Source: Patescibacteria group bacterium (lineage in GTDB: Bacteria; Patescibacteriota; Patescibacteriia; Veblenbacterales; UBA10138). From it: a DNA stretch of 52,090 bases. Shown here one piece after another: positions 46,158-52,090 of this stretch. The stretch spans positions 1-52,090 of the forward strand of contig JBAZQK010000001.1 of NCBI GenBank assembly GCA_041645215.1, given 5' to 3'. The stretch's first letter is position 1, and every line of letters starts with the position of its first letter. A program made the position numbers and the translations under genes. Under the pieces are notes generated by a model. The model made no database searches and had not been told where the DNA came from. It worked only from the letters and a program-made list of their open reading frames with translations.

Positions 46158-46295
46158 CAAATTTGTTCACTAGCGATTATGCCCCGTAGTTTCCGCCCAC
46201 CTGCCCGCCATCGGCCTCTTGCAATCGATAATTATTATTTAGTGCTGTAGTTTTCTATTTAATAGCATCGTTTACTTTGTACAGGCTTAGGCAGG
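46158..46295 (+). repeat. Dispersed ~138-bp repeat, copy 2 (empty site)
   Basis: Matches 41104-41310; a more diverged copy lies at 25088-25187. Confidence 0.92.
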
Positions 46296-46408
46296 CGGGC
46301 CTGTCCGCTTTTGGCGGAAGGCGTGCGCCCACGGCCCATCCGCCGCCGGAGATCAGCCTAGGGCTGACAAGTGTTAAAGTGTTATAGTGAGGGCGAAAGT
46401 GGATAAAA

Positions 46409-49237
46409 CTAAGGAGAAACCTTAAACTCAACCCAAGGACCAAATTGAGCTGTTCCGGTGTTAGCGGTTAAAACCAGAGAGAATGTTATTTTACCAACAA
46501 CACTTTTGTTCCAAACAAAAGTGTTGTTGGTTTGAGGAGAAGGAATCACCCCCAACCATTGTGACGGGGAGTTGTTTATAGAATAATATAAATCAAGTTG
46601 TTTTAATTTTTCCGGGCGCTGATTATTAATTTTTATAATTAATGGCCAAGTCGACAAATTTAACAGACTGCCGTTAAGCGGATAAATAAAACTGGTGTTG
46701 GGGGCGTCGCTTGGCCAAGCCGACAAAAAATTAAAGTTAACCGACGCTTCACCAGTATTACCAACCTCATCGTCAGCCACAACCCTTAGCTGGTGGAAGC
46801 CGGAATTAATAAAATCACCAAGTTGCAAGGTGGTGGCGTAGGGGGGAGAATTAAGCGTTTTTACCAAAATATTATCAATCCAATAATCAACTTTTTTAAT
46901 AGTATAGAATGAGGTTATTTGTGACGAAAATTGATAAGAATTGGTGCTAATAACCTCGTTATTAACTGGCGAGGCAACAAAAACACGAGGTTGGTTGTTA
47001 GTGGTGTGCAGATTGTCATAATCAACCGGCGGGAACTCGTCTTTTAATCCTTGTTGGTGCGTCCAATTTTTTACAGCCCCCTCCCACAAAGAGTATTGCG
47101 GGTCATTGGCCGGGTTGGTGGGGGTGGGCCCCTGGGGGTCGCCCGGAGTGACATATTGTAGGATGGTGTGGTATTGGCGAAAGGTTTTTTGTTCGCGCAG
47201 TTGGATGGGCGTTAAATCAGTGGCTAACAAACCAGAAACTTTGTCTATCATAACAGTCTGTCCGCCTAAGTCGCCGTTTAGCATTGGTTTGTCAGGAGTA
47301 ATTGGTTCGGGCGGGATAAAATATTGGATTGGCAGCTGTTTAACCGCTTGACTAAAAAAACGTTGCCAGATTGGGGCCGCTACCACTGAACCATCAGCGC
47401 CTTTTGACATTGCTCGGTTGTTATTGTTTCCCACCCACACTCCGACCGCCAATTGCGGGGTATAACCCATAGTCCAGGCGTCGCGATATTCATTAGTAGT
47501 GCCGGTTTTGGCGGCGACCGGGCGGTCGGCTAAGGTCAGGCGGTTTTGATTTCCAAATATAAACGAACGAGCCTCATTGTCAGACAGGATATTGGTTAGG
47601 TTGCGAACTGGTTGTTCATTGATTACTCGTTCACCAGTCGTGTCACGAAACTCTTGCAGAGTCCGACCTTGACCGTCCTCAACTTTGATAATTGAAATTG
47701 TGGGTTTGAACACTCCCTCGCGGGCAAAAACAGCGAAGGCGTTGGTGTGTTCCAGTAAATTAACCTCCGCCCCGCCCAACACCAAAGACAAACCAAACCG
47801 ACTTCGTTCTTTGAGAGTGGTGTAACCGAGTTTGTCAGCTAAATCAAGAACTTTATTTATTCCGGTTAAATAAAGAAATTTGACAGCTGGTATATTTAAG
47901 GAGCCGGCTAAAGCGTGTCGCAAGTCAACCGGGCCGCGCTCTTGGCCGTCATAATTACTTGGCGTATAAACACCAGTGTCAGTTTTAAAATCAGTAGTGA
48001 CGTCATAAATGATGGTTTGAGGGGCAAAACCCGCGGCCAAGGCGGTGGCGTAGGCAATCGGTTTAAAAGATGAACCGGGTTGTCGTGGTCGCAAGGCCAC
48101 ATTCACTTGCCCTTGGATGTCATTGTTAAAATAATCAGCCGACCCCGCCATAGCTAATATCTGTCCGGTGGCCGGGTCAATAGCGACCAATGAGGCGTTG
48201 TTGGCTTGGTAACGTTTTAATAAAGGCAACGATTCAGTAATGGAGTCTTCCGCCAGTTTTTGCATGCGTATATCAAGCGAGGTAATAATTTTTAAGCCGC
48301 CTTGTTCAACCATTCTTTCGCTGTATATATCAGCCAATTGTTCTTTAACATAAAAAACAAAATGGGGGGCTATAATAGCTTCACGGTTGGGTTGGAATTC
48401 CAAATTAGCTTGTTTAGCCGCCTCGGCTTGGTCGGTGGTTATGTAGCCTTGAGCCGCCATTCCATCCAGTATGTAATGTTGGCGATTTATTAATTCGTCG
48501 ATATGAATGCCCCACGGCGAGTAATAAGACGGCGCTTTAACCAAAGAGGCTAAAATAGCGGCTTCGGCCAGGCTTAGGTCTTTAGCCGATTTGCCAAAAA
48601 AAAGTTGAGTGGCCGCCTCGGCGCCATAAGCATTGGAACCATAGGGAATTTCATTAAGGTATAGTTTTAAGATTTCATCCTTGCTAAAACGTTGTTCAAT
48701 TTGGTAAGCCAAAAAAATTTCTTTAATTTTGCGAATATATGATTTTTCATCACCCAAAATAGCTTTTTTAATAAATTGTTGAGTGATGGTCGATCCGCCC
48801 TGAACCCTGGCTCCACTAACCATATTAACAATAACCGCCCGTAACATTGAGGTTAAACGAAAACCGCGGTGTTGGTAAAAATTACGGTCTTCCGCTGTCA
48901 AAGTCGCTTGTTTTAAAAAATCGGGAAAAGCATTAAAATTTACTACTGTTCGCCGCTCTTCCCCGTGGATATTGTAAAGTACGGTTTGGCCGGTGCGGTC
49001 GTAGATTTTTGTGCTTTGCGGCACTGCCCGGTTCATAATACCGGCGGGGGTGGGTAAATCCCGACTAAACCAAGCTAGGGTTATTAACAAAGTTATTACC
49101 GCCACGCTAAAACCAGCCAGGATTATCCGCCCCAACCAGTACCACCATTTGAAATAGCTGCGGCCGAGCCGTCGATGTTGCCACGCTCGGGGAGTGGCGG
49201 TCCGGCGGTGTTTTAAAAAAGGTAGTCTTAATTTCAT
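46409..49237 (-). CDS. Class A penicillin-binding protein (PBP1A family) with C-terminal Ig-like domains
   Basis: AEDR.FY.H.G, GGSTITQQ, RKIKE, PGSSFKP, KTGT. Confidence 0.95.
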   Translation of the reverse strand: MKLRLPFLKHRRTATPRAWQHRRLGRSYFKWWYWLGRIILAGFSVAVITLLITLAWFSRDLPTPAGIMNRAVPQSTKIYDRTGQTVLYNIHGEERRTVVNFNAFPDFLKQATLTAEDRNFYQHRGFRLTSMLRAVIVNMVSGARVQGGSTITQQFIKKAILGDEKSYIRKIKEIFLAYQIEQRFSKDEILKLYLNEIPYGSNAYGAEAATQLFFGKSAKDLSLAEAAILASLVKAPSYYSPWGIHIDELINRQHYILDGMAAQGYITTDQAEAAKQANLEFQPNREAIIAPHFVFYVKEQLADIYSERMVEQGGLKIITSLDIRMQKLAEDSITESLPLLKRYQANNASLVAIDPATGQILAMAGSADYFNNDIQGQVNVALRPRQPGSSFKPIAYATALAAGFAPQTIIYDVTTDFKTDTGVYTPSNYDGQERGPVDLRHALAGSLNIPAVKFLYLTGINKVLDLADKLGYTTLKERSRFGLSLVLGGAEVNLLEHTNAFAVFAREGVFKPTISIIKVEDGQGRTLQEFRDTTGERVINEQPVRNLTNILSDNEARSFIFGNQNRLTLADRPVAAKTGTTNEYRDAWTMGYTPQLAVGVWVGNNNNRAMSKGADGSVVAAPIWQRFFSQAVKQLPIQYFIPPEPITPDKPMLNGDLGGQTVMIDKVSGLLATDLTPIQLREQKTFRQYHTILQYVTPGDPQGPTPTNPANDPQYSLWEGAVKNWTHQQGLKDEFPPVDYDNLHTTNNQPRVFVASPVNNEVISTNSYQFSSQITSFYTIKKVDYWIDNILVKTLNSPPYATTLQLGDFINSGFHQLRVVADDEVGNTGEASVNFNFLSAWPSDAPNTSFIYPLNGSLLNLSTWPLIIKINNQRPEKLKQLDLYYSINNSPSQWLGVIPSPQTNNTFVWNKSVVGKITFSLVLTANTGTAQFGPWVEFKVSP

Positions 49238-49256
49238 AAATGTGAAGAATTAAACC

Positions 49257-49841
49257 TCAATACTTATTCGTGGGGGTTTCCCTTATTACCCAAATCCCTC
49301 CATGGTAGTGATTTTTCAACGCCGCCAGCAAATCTTTCGGTAGGGTTTTCCTCGTCTGCTTGTGTTTGGGGCTAGGGTCACGCAAGGTTACGTGTTTTTC
49401 GTTCACTTCTTCAATGAGTGAGGCATGTCCATGCGATCCTTCTAGGTGATAAAGAAGCGGGTAATTGAAACATATTAATAAATCATTTTCTTTTCCTATA
49501 TTGTCTAATAAAAATTTCTTAAACTGTCTGACCGACCTAAACTCTTCCGCCGAATGGAATATTTCTTGTAAGGAATACCCTCGCCGTTTAAAAAATGTGG
49601 CCAGAGAATACTTTTTGAGGGTTAGGCGCGTTCCCCAGCCGGCTTTTGGTTTAGTACCTTTATATGATTTTGGTAATAAATGTTTATCCTTTGGCGACAA
49701 AATAATTCCTAAATCATAAGCGATATCTGTTTGCGGTAGTATTGGCAATTTTCTTTGATGTAAAATCATCTGCACGCAGGCGGGGATACAGCAATATGGT
49801 TTTTGGGATATGTGTTTATATTTCATATTTCTATTTTCCAT
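49257..49841 (-). CDS. Papain-like (C39-type) peptidase domain protein
   Basis: Q...CC.PAC..M.L, GHASLI, LRDP; start uncertain. Confidence 0.7.
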   Translation of the reverse strand: MENRNMKYKHISQKPYCCIPACVQMILHQRKLPILPQTDIAYDLGIILSPKDKHLLPKSYKGTKPKAGWGTRLTLKKYSLATFFKRRGYSLQEIFHSAEEFRSVRQFKKFLLDNIGKENDLLICFNYPLLYHLEGSHGHASLIEEVNEKHVTLRDPSPKHKQTRKTLPKDLLAALKNHYHGGIWVIRETPTNKY

Positions 49842-50246
49842 GACACCGCTTATATTTATATGGTACAATAAGATAAATTATATGCCCAGTAACAAAACTT
49901 TACTATACTCGCAGCGGCACTCAGTAGATTTTCCATTTTTTAATAATATGACTCCAATTTTAACTTATTTAAATTTTATCTCACTCGGCTCGTATAAAGT
50001 GCCTAGTGAAGTTATTGTTACCGGGCATACCCAGTAACAAAACCTTATCATATTCTCTTGTGGTTACACCCGGTAATGCCCGTTAGCCGCCTGTCATTTA
50101 AACTAATTTGGTATAAAATTATTGAATATGCTAGACACTAAACAAAGAATACCCCAAATTACAGCTAGCCAACAGTTTTTAAACAAAGACCAAAATAGCA
50201 AAAGTTGGTTTGTTTTAGTGTCTAAGTAAGGTTATTGTTACTGGGT

Positions 50247-51440
50247 ATGGCGAACACCACTACACAAATTCAACAACTGTTGACCCGCAACATTGAAGAC
50301 ATATTTGTAGAAAAACACCTGGCCGAGCGCCTGCGCAAGGGTGACAAATTGCGTATAAAATTTGGCATTGACCCGACTGGACCAAATATACACATCGGCC
50401 GGGCCGTCCCGTTATGGAAATTGCGGGAGTTTCAAGATTTGGGCCACCAGTTAGTTATAATAATTGGCGATTTTACCGCTCAAATTGGCGACCCCTCGGA
50501 CAAGTTGTCAAAAAGACCAATGTTGGCAGTTTCGCAAATTAAACAAAACCTTAAAACTTACCAGGCGCAACTGGGTAAAATATTAGACATTAAAAAAGTG
50601 GAGTGGCGTTATAATAGCGAGTGGTTGGGTAAAATGAACTTAACCCAAGTCGCGCACTGGGCTGAATCTTTTTCCGTGCAACAAATGTTGGCGCGTCGGA
50701 ATTTTAAAGACCGCTGGCGCGCCGGCAATGAAATTAGTGTGCGTGAACTATTGTATCCTTTAATGCAAGGCTATGATTCGGTGGCGGTTAAGGCCGATGT
50801 TGAACTGGGCGGGGTTGACCAGTTGTTTAATTTGCAGGCTGGCCGCGTTATTCAACCGCTTTATGAACAACCTGCCCAAGACATTATGACCACCCAAATG
50901 TTGGCGGGCACGGATGGCCGTAAAATGTCAACCTCCTGGGGTAATGTTATTACTATTATGGACGAGCCAGAAGTTATGTACGGCCAAGCGATGTCAATTA
51001 AAGATGAACTAATTCCTCAGTATTTATTGTTAGCCACTCGCTTAGACCAAAACAACCTAAATAAAATAACAGCGGCTTTGAGCCAAGGCGGCAACCCGCG
51101 TGATATTAAAACGCAACTGGCTTATGAGTTGGTTAAGCTTTATCATGGTTCTAAATTGGCCAAGCAGGCCCAAGCTGAATTTGAATTGGTTCATAAAAAA
51201 AATCAACTGCCTACTAACATACGAAAAAAGAAATTATCAACCACTCCCCAGAATTGGTCAGTGGTTGAATTGTTGGTTTATTTAGAAATGGCGCCGTCAA
51301 AAGCGGCCGCCCGTCGGTTGATTGAGCAAAAAGGCATAAAAATAAATAAAATAACCATTACTGATTGGCAGCGGAAAATAGCAGTAACCTCTGGCACGGT
51401 GATTCAAGTGGGCAATCGCCAATTTGTTAAGATAGTTTAA
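50247..51440 (+). CDS. tyrS: Tyrosine-tRNA ligase
   Basis: GIDPT...HIGR, YPLMQGYDS, GG.DQLFN, KMSTS, C-terminal S4 domain. Confidence 0.98.
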   Translation: MANTTTQIQQLLTRNIEDIFVEKHLAERLRKGDKLRIKFGIDPTGPNIHIGRAVPLWKLREFQDLGHQLVIIIGDFTAQIGDPSDKLSKRPMLAVSQIKQNLKTYQAQLGKILDIKKVEWRYNSEWLGKMNLTQVAHWAESFSVQQMLARRNFKDRWRAGNEISVRELLYPLMQGYDSVAVKADVELGGVDQLFNLQAGRVIQPLYEQPAQDIMTTQMLAGTDGRKMSTSWGNVITIMDEPEVMYGQAMSIKDELIPQYLLLATRLDQNNLNKITAALSQGGNPRDIKTQLAYELVKLYHGSKLAKQAQAEFELVHKKNQLPTNIRKKKLSTTPQNWSVVELLVYLEMAPSKAAARRLIEQKGIKINKITITDWQRKIAVTSGTVIQVGNRQFVKIV

Positions 51441-51466
51441 ATACGCCAATATTGGCAGTTAACGAA

Positions 51467-51567
51467 CCCCGTCAGAAGCTCACACGGGGCATTAAACCCC
51501 GTGTTCGCTGTTGAGAATTGGGCATTCATCCCCGCCGAATCGGCGGGGCATCCTGCTTCTAACGGGG
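51467..51567. mobile_element. MITE (CCCCGTCAGAAG/CTTCTAACGGGG) between convergent tyrS and ruvC
   Basis: 12-bp TIRs with 1 mismatch; internal CCCCGCCGAATCGGCGGGG hairpin. Confidence 0.8.
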
Positions 51568-52053
51568 GCGAACTGTAAAGGCGCACAAAGCCAAGGCTAA
51601 AGCGTCGGCCGCGTCATCTGGTTGGGGCGGGGCGGAAAGCTTAAAGATTATTTGCAGCATTTTTTGCACTTGTTGTTTAGTGGCATTGCCTTGGCCGGTC
51701 GCGGCCAATTTTAATTCCTGGGGTGAGAATTCGGTTAGGCGATGATTATTTTTTTTAGCCAAATAAATTATCAAGCCGCGGGCCTCGGATACCACCAAGG
51801 CGGTTTTTACATTTTTGGAAAAAAACAATTTTTCCACCGCTACGTCCGTTGGTTTATATTTTGCTAAAAACTTTTCCAGCAGGCGGCCTAGTTCAAGCAA
51901 GCGGTCAGCTTGGCTGTGTTGGGGATTAGTTTTCCAACAACCAAAGGTGATTATTTTGGGGTGGGAAAGGTTGCCGGATAAAACTGAATAACCTAGTCGT
52001 CCGATGCCGGGGTCAAAACCAATAACGCAACGCTCTTTAATCAGCGTTGTCAT
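51559..52053 (-). CDS. ruvC: Holliday junction resolvase RuvC
   Basis: IGFDPG...GY, AVEKLFFSKN.KT, EARG, TG.G.A.K.QV..M, DDAADALA.A.C. Confidence 0.97.
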   Translation of the reverse strand: MTTLIKERCVIGFDPGIGRLGYSVLSGNLSHPKIITFGCWKTNPQHSQADRLLELGRLLEKFLAKYKPTDVAVEKLFFSKNVKTALVVSEARGLIIYLAKKNNHRLTEFSPQELKLAATGQGNATKQQVQKMLQIIFKLSAPPQPDDAADALALALCAFTVRPR

Positions 52054-52090
52054 AAATATTGTTTATATCATCATCGCTGTTCAAGGCTTC

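Noticed and set aside
9880-51285. Remaining short antisense or overlapping ORFs in the track
   Set aside because: They are shadows of well-supported genes on the opposite strand or in another frame.

Overview
Origin-proximal chromosome segment of an AT-rich bacterium. Inferred to be Patescibacteria/CPR from the unlinked, insertion-laden 23S gene, apparently leaderless genes, dense palindromic repeats and gene content. It holds the 5' ~2460 E. coli-equivalent nt of a minus-strand 23S rRNA with an 822-nt group I intron (LAGLIDADG ORF) and about seven hairpin expansions, six tRNAs, about 55 protein genes (mostly housekeeping, including yidC-yidD-rnpA-rpmH<->dnaA-dnaN), oriC and two parS sites. 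Three things stand out. (1) The L1931 group I intron has an A-U pair in place of the conserved G-C guanosine-binding pair and no terminal omega-G, yet it interrupts an essential rRNA site. (2) tRNA genes are nested: intact tRNA-Ala(CGC) and tRNA-Leu(UAG) each sit inside a ~110-bp CCCCGT...ACGGGG inverted-repeat element inserted in a broken tRNA of the same isotype, and every other tRNA has a same-isotype remnant beside it. (3) An array of HEPN-like, PD-(D/E)XK and Bro-N genes is delimited by two alternating repeats that look like the end of a methyltransferase gene and the start of a specificity gene. All structural and family calls were made by eye, without searches or folding software; rRNA position numbers are approximate E. 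coli/Tetrahymena equivalents.
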